Source: Callorhinchus milii (taxonomy: Eukaryota). From it: a stretch of DNA of 64,000 bases. Positions 1-15,000 of this stretch are shown here, piece after piece. The stretch's first letter is position 1; every line of letters begins with the position of its first letter. The DNA is taken from NCBI RefSeq assembly GCF_018977255.1, contig NW_024704751.1, forward strand, positions 4,216,001 to 4,280,000. Direction: 5' to 3'. The notes beneath the pieces are model-generated. The model saw only the letters and a program-made list of their open reading frames with translations. It was not told where the DNA came from and did no database searches. The translations under genes were made by a program, and so were the position numbers.

Positions 1-75
1 TTTCAGCCTCAGACACGTGTAGACTGCAGAGTTGTTGCATCCTCTAAAAAATGCTTTCTGTTCCTTCCCCCTTAG

Positions 76-3000
76 CTCCTCTGTGACGAATTGTCCAGTG
101 TGAAGTTTGCTCCTGTTCTTTACCCCAAGGTAAGTGCTCGGCAAGACAATACCCTGTCCAGAGTGACCTCATTTTACATTTGAGGGAAAGAGCAGTGATA
201 AGTTACATTTGATTCCACTATATTGTTCAATATACTCGACACTGTACGCTTTCTAACCCATATACAGTGTTGAGGTCCTGGTAATATAATGGCTCAGACT
301 GGACAATACTGTGATTCAATTTTGATTGCAATACAGTGAGAAAAATAATAATAATGATAATAATCCATCCATTTGATATGGTGCCTTTCTCATCTGCAGC
401 ACATCTCAAAGCATTTCACAGAATTTGCTGTAAAAGTGTAGTGACCGTGTACTTCTGCGGGCAAACAGAGCAGCCAATTTGTGCACAACTGTGTCCCACA
501 AACAGCCGTGAAGTGAATCACTAATTGTATCTGGGGGCTTGGTGACCAGGATACCAGGAGAATGTCCTTTCTCTTTTTGAATGGCACCACAGGATCCTTA
601 ATATCTATCTGAACAGGGAAATGGGACCTCAGTTTAATGTCTCAACTGAAGGACGGCACCTCCAACAGTGTATCGCACACCCAGTCCTACATTGGAGTGT
701 CAGCCTAGACTATAAGAAGTCAATGTCCTGATGTGGAGGTTGAACCCCTCAACCTTTTGCCTCTGTGGTGAAACTGCAACCACCTGAGCATGGCTGACAC
801 CTAACAGGACTCTCTAACCGCTAACCCACTGCACCGTTCACTCCTCCCTGAGTATTGTATTTGCAAACGTTTTTATCTTCTTCATCTCGGCTGCTTTCCA
901 GAAAAAAGGTAGGTTGTTTTTTTGCCTGAGATTGGCGGAGAAGTACACGGTCACTACACTTTTACAGCAAATTCTGTGAAACGCTTTGAGATGTGCTCCT
1001 GATGAGAAAGGCACCATATCAAATGATCAACTTTCCAACCAATTGTCCTCAAAGTCGTTGGACAAGTTTTGGGGGAAGGGAAGACTGCTGAAAAGCATTG
1101 TTGTCGTGTTGCAATCTGTTGATTGACCGCTTTATTTATTTTTACACACGCAAGGCGTCCCAGCTGATTGTCACATACGACGAACACGAGATCAATAACG
1201 ACTTCAAGTTTGGTGTGATTTATCAGCAATTAAGTCAGGTGAGTAATGGCTGCCCTTAACGAGAGGGAGAGGAACTAATAAGATGCAGTTTTTGCATTGC
1301 ATTGTTTTTATTTTCAGGAGCAACAAAAAAGCACTTCACTTTATTATGTACCTTCAGGTGATAACTTGAGACCATCACTGATCTGGGTTGATAATGAGAG
1401 CCCAGTGATCGAGCAGTCACAAGGGCTGAGATAACAACCTCATCACTCAGTAAGATGGCTGCAGTCTGCCACATACATATATATGAGGGAGATAGTGACT
1501 AGGCTGTTTATGAAAGCGTTACCAATCCAAGTCTTAATTTCAGTCTTTTTTGCCCATCATTATCCAATCCAGCCCCTACGAATAGTCTGCAAATAATAAT
1601 CCTCGCGTTTGATGTAGCGCCTTATCATGTCGTTGAGACGTCTCAAATCGCTTTGTGGAATATATTGTTTAGTGGATTGACAATTTTTTGTCGGGAAAAA
1701 TACGGCAGCCGATTGCGCCCAGAGGTGTCCCACAAACAGTCGTGGCTTGAGTGATCAATTTGTTTTATTTTGGAGGGATTATTACCCCGGGGAAGCAATC
1801 TGTCAATCGACTAACAACTGGGTTCCTACTTACTGCTAGGTAAACAGAGGCACGTGGAGTAAGGGAACTTGCCTAAGGTTTTACCCTGCCTGAGAATCGA
1901 GTGCAGGTTTTATCTCGCTTGCGAAGCGAGTGCTCTAACCAATACACTGCGGTTTCTATGTGAACGCTTGGCTCGATATCTTGGGCTACTACCTTATGTT
2001 ACGTTTCAGTATTTAATGCTCTAGCACTAAAAGGCTTTGTTTCCACTTTTCAGACCACGGAAGCGGAATTGTTTGGGAACAATGAAGAAAGTCCTGCCTT
2101 TAAGGAATTCCTACAGCTGCTTGGAGACACAATCATACTCCAAGATTTCAAAGGGTGAGCGAAAATGCCTTGGCACATTGCAAGGGGCTCTTTGCACTTC
2201 AGTTGTGTTTATAAAGAGTAATATGGGTGTGGGGGAATGTGATGGGGAGAGGAGGAGGTGGGAGGTGGATTAACTGATCTGGAGAATTGTTGGCCAGGAC
2301 AAGGGATCTTTGGACCTCATCCACCTGAATGGGTAGATCTCAGTTTTGTGTCTCACCTAAAATAGGGCACCCCTGAGAGTCAGGCTCCCCCAGCAGGAAC
2401 CCGGTTGTTAGTCGATTGGCGGATTGCTTGCCAGGGGTAACAATAATCTACTCAAAAAAAATGTGGGACACTGCTGGGCGCAATTGGCTGCCACATTTCG
2501 CCCACAAAATACCAATCTATCCACTTTACAATATATTCCATGAAGTGTTTTGAGATGTCTCGATGACGTGATGATGATGATGATGATAATAATAATAATA
2601 TTTGCATTTGATGTAGCGCTTTTCATATCTTCTAGACAGCTCAAATACACTGTAAAGTGAATCAACTGTATAATTTGTGGGCGAAATGCTGCAGCCAATT
2701 GCGCACAGGAGCGTCCCACAAACAGTCGTGGATTGAGTGACTAAATTATGATTGTTTTCTAGTGATAAGGCGCTACATCAAATGTAAGGATTATTATTAT
2801 TATAACTGAGCCAGGCTGACGTTAGGCACAGGTCTGACTGGTTCAATGTCTCCCTGATGTAGGTTCCGAGGTGGCCTTGACGTGGTACATGGTCAAACTG
2901 GGATCGAGTCCGTCTACACCACGTTCAAGCGCAGGGAGATAATGTTCCACGTCTCCACGAAGCTTCCGTTTACAGAGGGAGACACCCAGCAGGTATTTGC

Positions 3001-6000
3001 TCTGCGCACTTTCATATGACATCATCCCATCACCTACAGGTCCTTTGTATAGGGCGGTGGGGAGGAGGAGGGGAGGAGGAACCAAACATATTCTATGTTA
3101 AACAAAAACTATGGGGAGCGGTTGATATCATTTAGATTATTAATGAAACTCAAACACTTCATAGCAATCGACTGAGCCCTGACATTATTGTACAGCCTTG
3201 GAATGGCTCCTTGGCATATGTTTCAGATTAGATATGGCAAGAGGCTATTTACTGCCTACCAGTAAATTTAGCAATGAGATATTTCCGCCTAATTGATAGC
3301 AGCCGACGCAGTTTTATTACTGTCTTGTTTATCGAGCAGTTTAACACCTTGACAATTTTGCAGCCTATAAATTGGCCCGTTTTTTTTTCTCTCTCCCCAC
3401 TAAATTTCTCTCTTCTTCCCTTGATGGGACTATTAGTTCTGGAGCAATTCCACAGCAACAAGAGGGAGGGTGGGTGAGACTAAGTAAGAGTTTTTCTCCA
3501 ACCATCGCTCATTAGATTTTAATAATAATGTGGATTGAAGAACAAGTTCCTAAACCCTCGCCTTCAGAGAGTGGAACGAAAGCAGATAAATAAGCCATTT
3601 CCTAGCTGTCACTCCAAAAACCAAGAGGAAAATGTGCAGCGTCCTAAATAACAGAACCAGAACGTTCGTCCCCATCCATTTAAAACTATCTCATCTTGAA
3701 CCTCGTAGATTAATGGCCATGGTGAATAATTCAGCAACTGCTGGATATTATTAATGCTGGAGTCAGGACCCTGCTCTTGCTCTTGCCCTCTGCCATCATA
3801 AGCTGCCTGTCCCCTGCTCCTGCATAAACCATGACCATTCACTGCAGCTTCACCATATTTTGCTCAGAATGTTAATATGGCTCCTTTAGCATCTTCAAAG
3901 AAAAGTGCCCAGAATTGGAAAATGCTCCAGTGACAAACTGAATAAATAGATGAACTGGTTCCTTGACGATTGTAGGAGAGAATGTTTCTTTCTAAGGAGA
4001 GAGAGCTTTAGTATAATCTCCTTTTCTCTCTCTCCCCATTACACCTTCTCAGCACTCAGTTGTTAACCACTGCACGACATGAAACTGAGACTTATCAACC
4101 CAGAAGGTTTGAGCATCTCTGGTCCGTGCTAAGTCTCAGCCCCTGGGAGGTTACCCCTGCCCTCCACCCCTCCTGACCTCAACTCCTGGCTCGAGTCCAA
4201 AAGCCCTTGACTGTCCAGCACCCTGGGTTGTCCTTCTGACGTCAAGGGTGCTTTACAAGTATATTTTGTTGTTGTTGTCGAGACATCACTGTGGATCCTC
4301 AGCTCCTTTGGGTTTGGGAAAGAATACACTAGCTCCGCCTGGGTCCGTCCTCCCAAAAGCTATCCAGTGACCTCTGTTAGATAGATCGTGTGCTTGGGTG
4401 TAGACAGGGTTGAGCTTTGCAGTGACACTCCTGTGGTTGACTTACCTGCCAACGTACACCATCTGGCCTTGCTCCTGAATCACTTGGAGAAAGACTTACT
4501 GGATGGTAGAACCGTACGGCTGAGTAAGGAGGAGGAGGCGTGAAATAGATGGAGGGGGCAGGGTGCAAAGGGAAGGGTATCTTGGAAGCGTTTCAGCAGC
4601 AGGTCTCAGGCTTAAACCTTACCAGACCCAACCAAACCCTACACAACATTAATCCGACTCATTCCAACTCGACTCAACCCAGCTTTAACGCCATTGAAAC
4701 TGTTCACTTTGATTAAAGCCCTTGGTTTGCCCGTCACAGCTTCAGAGAAAACGTCACATCGGGAACGACATTGTAGCCATCGTGTTCCAGGAGGAAAACA
4801 CGCCCTTCGTGCCAGACATGATCGCCTCGAACTTCCTTCACGCCTACGTCGTGGTGCAAGTGGAGAATCCAGGCACCGATTCGACCATTTATAAGGTAAC
4901 TTGGAAGGTTTTCAGCCGCAGGCCTCAGTTAATGCCCAGCCAAACAACAACAACAACAACTTGCATTTATATAGCTCCCTTCACATGGGGTAGCTTCCCG
5001 GAGCACCTGAAACCCAAACCCAACACAACTAAAGCCAACACAACTTAATCCAACTCAGTCCTACTCGACTCAACCCAATGTAACTCAATAGTAATTTGTG
5101 TTAGGTGTACATTACACTTACAAATATAACTTAACTTATTTTTCTCCCCACCTGGTCAGATTTCAGTTACTGCTCGAGATGGAGTTCACTTGTTTGGACC
5201 GATGCTGCCAAGCCCACCCGTCTTCAAGAAGGTAAGAAGGTCCTGTACATTTGTTTGGCCATGGTGGGGTTCTTGCTAAAATGCAATACGTTGAATGATC
5301 GATCCCCTCCTCAAATCAAACCCCCTCCCCCCACCCCCACATCCTTCTGCATCTCATAGAAACCTTACAGCGCAGTAACAGGCCGTTCAGCCCATTGAAA
5401 CGGCACTCGTTTCTTTCTCTACCTGAACCTGTTTCCTCCTGATCCTATTCCCAATATCATTTTTAATATTCCCTGTCTTCAGGAATCTATCCACGGCAAT
5501 GCCTTACTCTTTAGGATCGTTACCTGAAAAATTGAGGGGATGGGGGAAAGATTGGAAGAAATGTCTTTGCTCAACGGGATGTCAAAAACAACTCTGACCA
5601 CTGGACGAAAGCAATTATTGGAATTGGACCTGGAAAAGTATCTGAGCAGTAGAAACATTAAAGGATTCGGGAAGTGGGGTTAGTGGGGAAACAAAATAGC
5701 TTTGAAAAATGGATAGAAAGCATAGTTACGATGGGTCAAATGGGCTCTTATGATAAGATGTACCTTTCTACATAACTAATGGCTTTGTCAGGTCGCTATC
5801 CAATCGCTATCCTGTGCGTAACCTACTCACGAGCAAACTTCTTAAACGCTGCCCCTTTGTACACCTAGGGCACCGAGCTCAGGGAGTTTCTGCTCACAAA
5901 GCTCATCAACGCGGAAAGCGCTTGCTACAAGTCCGAGAAGTTCGCCAAGCTCGAGGTAAGTGAGAAAGTAAGGTCGGGCAACGGTGCGGTGGGGACAATA

Positions 6001-9000
6001 TCCCCACCAGGAAAAGTATCACAAATTTAGACTCCGTTGTAATTTCAGACTGGTATGAGTCTGATTCCGCGCCAGCCGTCGCTCTGTTAAGAGCCCGAAC
6101 TAACCATCCTCTGGGGCTGACCGTGCCTTTGGCTTCATTCTCTTTGCAGAACCGAACGCGAGCAGCTTTGCTGGACAACCTCCACGACGAGCTCCACACA
6201 CAGACGCAGGCCATGCTCGGGCTGGGCTCTGATGAAGACAAGATGGAAAACGGGGGCCACGGGGGATTCCTGGAGTCTTTCAAGGTAGCGTCGCAGAGAA
6301 ATTTACGATTAAATCAGAGGCCGCAGGTGTGTTCCTCTCCGCTACGTTCTACTGATGTCTCGGTTCCTGTCAATTTCGCTCATTTGACAAGTCTTCCAAA
6401 TGACTGACTGACACACACACGTGCGGGCGCACACAAATAATCCTTGCGCTTGATATTCGCACTTTATCACATCGTCGAAAGGTCTCAAAGCACTTCCTAC
6501 GATATACCATATACTATAGAGTGCAGTGAGTGTATTTTGTAGGCAGCCAGTTGCGCACAGCAAAGGTTGTGGATTCAAGCCCCACTTTGGGACTTTGAAC
6601 TCGGTCTAGGCTGACACTCCAGTGCGTTGCTGGGGAAACGATGCTTCGTTGGAGGTGCCGTCCTTTGGTTGAGATGTGAAACCAAGGTCCCGTCATCCCT
6701 GTTCCGGGGTCATCAAAGTTCCCGTGACACTATTCAAAAAGAAAAGAGAGTTTCTCTCTCCCGATGCCCTGGCCGACAGTCCCCCAGATAAAATTGAACG
6801 GTCGTTTCGTGGCTGTTGGTAGGTTGCTGCTCTGCGCAATTTTAACTGCTGTGTTTGACTACAAAATACACAATGGCTGCACTTCAGAGTAAATCCTGTG
6901 AAGCACTTTGAGACAACCTCCCGACGTGAAAGGCACTGTATCAAATGCAAGGCTGATTATTTGCGTTTAACCTATTAATACAGGTACAGTGAAGTGTGTA
7001 GGCACAGATGGTGAGGTGTAATTGAAGACTATTCTGGAGATTCAGTGATGAGGTGATACAGGTGGGGAGCGATAATGAATGCAGGGGCTGACAATCTGCT
7101 TGTAAATGAGGCAGGATTGTGTCTTTATTTTGCTCTGTATTTACATAAACAGCTGAAAGCAAATTAATTTATATAGGGCTCTTCGTGTTAAAGGAACATC
7201 TTTACGTGCTTTACCCAATGAGGTTATAACTAGACACGGAGTGAATGCTGTTATGTAGGTGTCGGGAAGATCCAAGAAACTAGATTGGGTTGATTAATAA
7301 CAACACTTGCATTTTATTCTATTTTTGTGTCTTATCATGTCGTCGAGACGCCTCAAAGTGCTTTGCAGGATTTTGGTGTAGTGACTGTGTGGTTTGCAGG
7401 CCACCATAGTCAATAAATTTTAATTCGGATCAGGAGGGGAATATAAGGGAGGATAACTGAGAGTTCGGTGTCTGTTTGTTTGAAATAGGAGAGGAGAGAG
7501 GTGTTTGATCCTTAACATTCGCCTGAATCATACGCGGGATCTAAATGAATAGCTCAAATGTTTTTAAGAACAACAACGACCTGAAAAGAAGTCATAAATA
7601 ATAAAAACATGTGTATGATACAGACTGATGCAAAGTGCTCAGTGCTGAATGCAGCAGGTTTAAGAACTCAGGTTTTTCAGGGGTTTTTTTTTGGGGTGGG
7701 GGGATGTGTGGGTTGGTGTGTGTGTGTGTGGTTTGGTGTGTGTGTTGTTTGGTGTGTGTGTGTGGCTGGCTGGGTGGGTGTTTGGGTGGCTGGGTGGGTG
7801 CCTGCTCGGTGACTGGGTGTGTGGATGGGGCGGTGGGTGGGTGGGGCGGTGTGTGGGTGGGTGGCTGGATGGGTCAGTGGGTGGGTGGATGGGTGGGTGG
7901 CTGGCTGGGTGGGGTCAGTGGGTGTGTGGGTGGGGCAGTGGGCGTGTGTATGTGTGTGTGTGTGCACCTCGCGATGTGATGCCACCTGTTTTCCCTCGCA
8001 ACACACAGAGGGCAATTCGCGTCCGCAGCCATTCGATGGAGACGATGGTCTCGAGCCACAAGAAGCACCACAGCGTAGGGATTCCTGGGAGCCAGAGCGG
8101 TGGTGTGGCACACAGCACAGTGGAGAACATCAAGCACACACCCATAGTGAGTAGGGAGCCCTGCGGTGTTCAGTTTGCCACGATTATTATACAGTAAACT
8201 CCGGATTGCTCGTCACTCCAAAGGAAAAAGGGCTCAGTGACTAGTTATCCAGAACAGCGAGTTAGGCATATGTATAAATACATTAATAAATGTATTTGTA
8301 TATTTATTTATTTAGTTGCACACACAAACACACACAAACACACACGCACACGGGATATTGACATTATGGCAATTAAGCGGTGGTAACAAGTTAAGCCAGG
8401 GTCGAGTTATCAGGAATTTACTGTATTATATAATATTAATAGTGGTTATTATTATTAGAATTCCTATATTTGATACAGCGTCTTTCATCTCGGGAGGACA
8501 TCTCAAACCATTTCGTACTGTAAACTGCAGTGACTGTATTTTACAGGTGATCAGGGCAACCAATTTCCGATTTATTTATTTTTAACGGCTGTTTTTAATC
8601 AAGGCGGAAACTTTGAAGAGGGAGGGAGGTGAGTGTTTGGTGGCAGTGGTATGGAGGGCTATGGTGGAGGACAAAGAAATGGTAGTAAGTTGCAGAGGAG
8701 TCTGGATTAGCTGAGTGGGCTGCTGCTGATCCCATCTCGTGTTCTTAGACCAAACTTACAATAAAGTTAATAAGATTGCCGGTAAAGAGAATCCAATTAA
8801 TACAACCAAACCTTGTAAGAACCACCACCCCTCCCACCCACTCCCCCCGCCCGCCCAGGGAAGAATAAAGCTAATTGGCTGAATTCCTAGCTCGCTGCTT
8901 AATTTGCTGGATGCCTCCAGAAGGCAATTCCGAGGCTTAATTATATATTAACCTGGGATGCTTAGCTCTGTCATGAAGGTTTAAATCAAACTGTAGGTGC

Positions 9001-12000
9001 TTCCAGACCTGGCAAGCTGGATGCCCTCTATAAGAGGTCAAGACAATGAGCTCAACAACAACGACAACTTGCATTTATATCACAACCCTCACACAGGGTA
9101 GCGTCCCAGAGCTCATTTAAGAGGCAGCTCACTGCTGTGACGGGAGGATAATAATAATCTTTGCATTTGATATAGCGCCTTATCACATCTTCAAGACGTC
9201 TCACTGGGAGGGAGGGAGAGAATTTTCGAGGGCTGAGACCAGATAAGATGAAGGGCCTTCTTCATTCAAACCGTTATCTTGTGATATACATCCTTTTTTT
9301 AAACAAAAGGATATCTTTTAAAATATTTGGTTGCATATAGCGGATTTGCAGTGAACAGATAAGACATTTTAAAAAAGAAAGGTAATTTTATAACTCATTT
9401 TAAATTTTTTTAAAAAGATTATTAATAATAAGCATAAGCCTTGCATTTAATACAGCGCCTTATCACGTCTCCGAGACGTCTCAAAGCGCTGCACAGAATA
9501 CACTGTGAAGAGAATTGACTGTTATTTGTGGGTGAAAATTGCCTGGATTCTGTGTCCCTATTCCATCTCAAGCTACACTCATGGTTTCTTGTTGCATGTT
9601 GAGCTGCCTACATCTCTCTAAAGTAACATAGTCTCTCTCTCTCTCTCTCTCTCTCTCGCGCTCTCTCTGTCCTCAGCAACAGGTAAAGATGCTGAAGAGC
9701 CCGGTGAAGCGAAGATCAGGCCTCTTCCCTCGACCCCTCGCAGGCTCGGACGGACAATCAGACAGCCGCCCGCGATGGTGAGTGTAATGGTGAAAAAACA
9801 CCCGTGGCCCTGTTTAAAAACTACATCACCTTGCGTCTTTATAGTGCCTCGTCGCGTCTCAAAGAGCATCAGAGCAATTACTGGCGAGAAATCCAGGGAA
9901 ACCCGACATATCGAGGTCCGTGACCAATTCATCTGGAGGATTGCTGGCCAGGAATTGGTCTTCAGGTCACAAAATCCGTTCAGATGAAGAAGGCTCTTCG
10001 GCCCATCTGATCGCATCCCTCCATAACACCCACCCTACTGTTCTGCCATCACAGCATCGAGGTTTTTTCCATTTAAATGTATCCCAGCATCTTGGCCTCC
10101 TTTCCTGGTATCCTGCTGCAGTTGATCGGTCGTTAATCAGTCTCTGGATAAAGACATTTTTCTTGATGTCTGGCCTGAAATTGCCGTCTTTGCAAACTCT
10201 AAACCCGCCCCCCCCCCCCCCCACACACACACACCTTTCTGCTGCCACGGGGTGGGGGCATGAGATCAGATAAGCCGAGATGTCTCGGAAAGCAGTGGTT
10301 GTTTGGAGATAGGTTTCTCCAACCAACCAATTCCACCGAGACATCTCCATTCAAGATTCGGCTCTGACTAATCGTTTATTAAGACCTCAGTGTAATTTAG
10401 AGTGACCCTCATTTTCCCCTGGCCCCTTCCTTGCTTGGTGTCCACCCCTCCGTCTGCTAAATACAGTCGCAGTTTATTTTTAGTTCTTCTATCACTGGCC
10501 TGTCACTTTTTACAAATGATGCCCGTGGCTAGATGGAGCTGTTTAGCCAAGCTGCAGATCGTTGCTCTTAATGAGGAGCTTAATCATCCTGAATAAAAAT
10601 GAGCTCCTCGAGTCAGTCGGGGCCCCGAATGGAGGGGAAAGATCGCGGCTTTGGTCGGGGCGGTGATTTGAGATCCCGTGCGGCTTTAACAGACGGTTCG
10701 GTTTGGGGAGAACTGTTTCACTTTAAGAGGCACTGTTCACAGAAACGAAGGTATTTCCCGGTCACTCTTGGCAAATGTATTGCTAGTTGGTTCAGAACAT
10801 TTTTTACTTAAATAATCGATCGATCGATAGATAATAAAAAATAAATCGATAAAATTTTAAAAATCGAATAAGAAACGGAGCGGAAAAATTACACCTGGGT
10901 CCAGACTTGCACAATTTTCTTAGCATTTTGGAGCTCTGAATCGGGCAAAAATTCTCAACAAATCTTAATTCTGAATTCGGAAAATGTGTACATTTTGAAA
11001 CGCTAAGAAAATATCCCAAGCCTAGTTGGAATTTCTCTTTCCCTCACCCCCACCCTCTCTCACTCTATGTCTGCCTCTCTCTCTCTGTCTGTCTGTCTGT
11101 CTGTGCTAAGTGTGATGCTGATTCCCCATCAGAGAACGATTCCTCCTGCATCCGACTCTCTCGATTTTTTTTAATACACTTGTCGAATTTCCCTTTTTAT
11201 TGTTTTGTGTCTGTGGGTAATGCGCCTGAGCTTTCCTTGACCTGGGTTGGGCTCCACTGGGGGAAAGAAATCTCATAAATGTCAAATTTCTCTCTGCTTC
11301 ACCTCCAGCCCTGAAGGTCCTGCAAGAGCAGAACACATACTTGACACTGAGCCAGACTTCCACTTTGCTATTGAGTTTGACTGAAGGATTTTTATGCTTC
11401 GAGCAGGAATCGGCCGGGATTTACAGTAATGTGGCGTTTTCACATCCCCAACAGCAGCGTCCCACAAACACTCATGGATTCAGTGACCAAATTATTATTT
11501 TTTAAAACAATTTTTTTTTATTGTATTGTTTTTCTGTGTGTGACAGTGAGAGCTTGTCAAGTTTACCAAGAACGCCTGAGAGCAGCCAAATCATACAGGA
11601 GGTCAAATGGGACACTTCCTCCAATCCCAGCTCGCCTGAAATGTGCCCCAGCAAAGACAGGTAATGCCAACCGCCATCAGCCTGACTCTCTAAATAACCG
11701 TAACCCTTGGGTCTGCGCGGTGAGGTCGAAATATCACAGAGAATTGCCATCAAGTGTACTCACTGTGTTTGGAAGCAGCCAAATTGCGCACTGAAATGTC
11801 CCACAAACAGCTATGAAATGAAGGGCCATTTTATACCTGGGGGGATGGTTGGCCAGGAAGAGACTATTCCTTCCCTTTTCAGAGAGCTTCATGGGATGTT
11901 TAACATCCACCTGATCAGGCGAGAGGAATCTCGGTTTAACTTCTCGTCCAAAGGACGGTACCACAGACAGTGCAATGCTCCCCCAAGACTGTACTGGACT

Positions 12001-15000
12001 GAACGCTTAAACCCAGAGCTTTTCTAACTCAGAGGCGGGGCTGCAACTTAGCCACTGCTGTGCTCGATCTGAGGAGAGCATTGGAAAGAACTTTTGTTTT
12101 GACAGAACACTGTCTCTAAAAATTGCTTCGCAGCCATCACCCCAGGGTGCAATGGTATCGTTTTAGGAGGTGACCACGCACTCAATTGAACGTCCTGATT
12201 TATTCGAGCCGAACGACATAAACACGGGTGGCACCACGCAGCTAAGGCAATGCAGAAAAGCCGTGAAAACGCATAGTCCTCATAGCCGAATTGCGCAGAG
12301 CGAGTGGGAGCCCAAGAACTGATCGTAAAGTCCTGACCGTGTGCGTGCGTGTGCGTGAGAGAGAGAGCGAGAGAGAGAAAATGCAAATACTAAATGCAGC
12401 ACTGTATGTCCGTTTGTTTGAGGATGAATGCCCCTTATCAGCAGTGACACATCCAGACTCGAATATATTTCTCGGCCAGACTTCTGAAATGCGATTCATC
12501 TGATTCCTCGAACCAACAAAGCACCTGCCCTTTTGAAGTGGTTAGCGCTCTGTCAGTTATTGATCCTATCTGCGCCATTTTCATTACACCGCTCAGCATC
12601 GGGTTTCTGACAGACACTGGTCTTTAATTGCACTCCTTTTAACCCCTTGAGATCCTCACCAAACGTGCACCGCAGGTCAACTTCTCATCGCGTGTTTCCT
12701 TCTCTCCCTCTCCCCCATCACCACCTCCGTCTTTCCTCCTACTCAGGATCTTCAATAAACTCAAGGAGAACGGGAGGGACAACATCTCACATTCTTCATC
12801 GAGTACCAGCAGCTTCAGCAGCACTGCCGGCGAGAGCGAGGCGATGGAGGAGTATGAGACCAGTGCAGTAAGTCTTCCCAACAGCGCCACGTCTCAGAGC
12901 GGTGGAGTTTAAAGATCTTTGTGCCGTGGAGAATTATAATAATAATGATAATAATAATGATAATCCTTGCATTTGATATGGCGCCTCATCGCATCTTTGA
13001 GACGTCTCAAAGCGCTTCACAAGACGTACTGATTGCTTGACTATATTTTGTGGGAAAAATAAAATACGATATCTAATGTAATATAAAATAAATAATATTT
13101 ATTCAATAAATAATTTATTTTAGTATTTTTATTAAATTATGCTCTTAATTTAACGAATGATATTTTGACGGGCCCTGCCTAGTAAAGTGGCAGAGTCCAA
13201 GGTGGGTATCGACTTGTATATAAAGGCTTAAGGGAGTTGATGGCGATCAGGGCAATGGGATGAATGGGCAACTTGCTCTGAGAGCCAGTGCAGGCTCGAT
13301 CGTAGTAGTAGCAGTAATAATAATAAAAATAATGGGCCGAATGGCCTCTTTCTGCTCTGTAGATTTCTCTGGTTCTCTTCTACACCCACTTTGGTATTAA
13401 TCCCTACAATAGATGATCTTTATCAGTGTGCCTTCCCTCCGGTCCACCTCCATCCTGCAAACATAGGCAAAGTTTTATTGAACGGCACGGATTAAACCCC
13501 CCCTTTAAACATAGACATTGAGAACGGTGGTGGAGCGGGTAAACCGGTGTGACTAAACTTCACCTCGAGAAAACTGGTTTTGAAGAAAGAGTTACGGAAC
13601 TGACAGACTGACCGTAGGGATTCAAAGTGATTGTCGTCTCATGACAGTCCGGTGTTTGTGAGCGGCCGAAACGTGAAACAAACCGTCCCTAACCTGGCAC
13701 CGAAACTCGCTGTGCAACACGGCACGGTCACACTGACGCAATGCGGTGGGGGTGGGGGTGCTCTTTCTGTGAGCTGGGATAGACACGTGTGTTGGGAGAT
13801 CAGAAGGAGCTTTGTTGAGCCTTGAATTATTTGGGGTTCCTTACCACCATCCTTCCCTGGTTTGAAGACCCATCTGTAAATAAAACAAAACTTTGGACTG
13901 GGCCCTGACGCATATCTTTCCGCCATCTCCCACCCCTGCCCGGGCTCCATCGGTGTGCCTGAGAAGCACTTGTAGATGTTTTCTGAAGGTGAAAGGCACT
14001 GTGTAAGTGCAAGTTGTTTTGGGATAACAACATGGCTTTTCAAAGTCGTCACTGGGCGACTGATGCTGGTGGAGAAGTCAAAGACGTGAAAGAATTCCAC
14101 TCGATTCCCGTAATGGGAACGTTTTCTTTTCAAAACAAATTCCTTGCGAATGCTATTATAATAATATTATTGTTGTTGTTGTCACTGATTTTTTTGGTTA
14201 CTTTGTGTTGCGTTTCGTAATCGTTCTTTGCCCTCGTAGTCGTCATCACCAATTTCTTCTTCGCTCAGGGAAGCCAGACGTCCATGGCGTCTCCTTTCCG
14301 ACAGGATGTTTTTCTCTACAGCCCGTTGGGGAACAGCGAAAACCAAAACGTCTTCAACCCAGGCAGCTCCTGCAAGAGCCCCACAGGTCTGCACAGAGTG
14401 TCTCACACTGCTGCTACCTCAGTGTCTTGTCTGCCCGCAGTCATACACGTACCCCACACACGCACACACATTCCTCCCCCATACGTACACGGGTGAATAC
14501 ACACACAAACACCCTATGTGCACATGCGCGCGCATACATACACGCCAACTTCCCCCACACCTACATATACAAATGCCACACACACCCTCCTCTCTTCCCC
14601 TTACTGCTCACACACACGCACACCCTCCTCCCACAGATACAGGCTAGCACACACACACACACACACACCATCCCCATCAGCCTGACAACAATAACGACAC
14701 TATCGTGCCTTTACACAGTGCCTTTCACTAACGAAATCTTCTGCAAATGGAGCAACTGCGGGTGGGAGTTAGGGATGGCTCGGAGTGAGACGGTCAAAGG
14801 CTCAGTCAAAGAGAAAGTTTTTTTAAGATGGGTTTTGAAAGCAGGGGGAGGGTTGCCAGGAATAGGGGATTTAGGGAGAAAGAGATGTAGGTCACTGGTG
14901 TCATTGAATCCTTAGCGCTGAAGGTAGGAAGTTTACTGCACCTATCGCAGTGAGCCCACAGTGCACCCATGACAATAAGACTTACATTTGATCAGGTGAC

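Noticed and set aside
7609-8197. Several 70-170 aa ORFs on both strands
   Set aside because: They are products of a stop-free GT/GGGT tract. Only 8009-8146 is a real exon.
10760-11000. AT-rich, CpG-containing patch with weak similarity to about 33880-34090 (possible non-autonomous DNA transposon)
   Set aside because: I could not identify terminal inverted repeats or a target-site duplication, and the similarity is too short to support a call.
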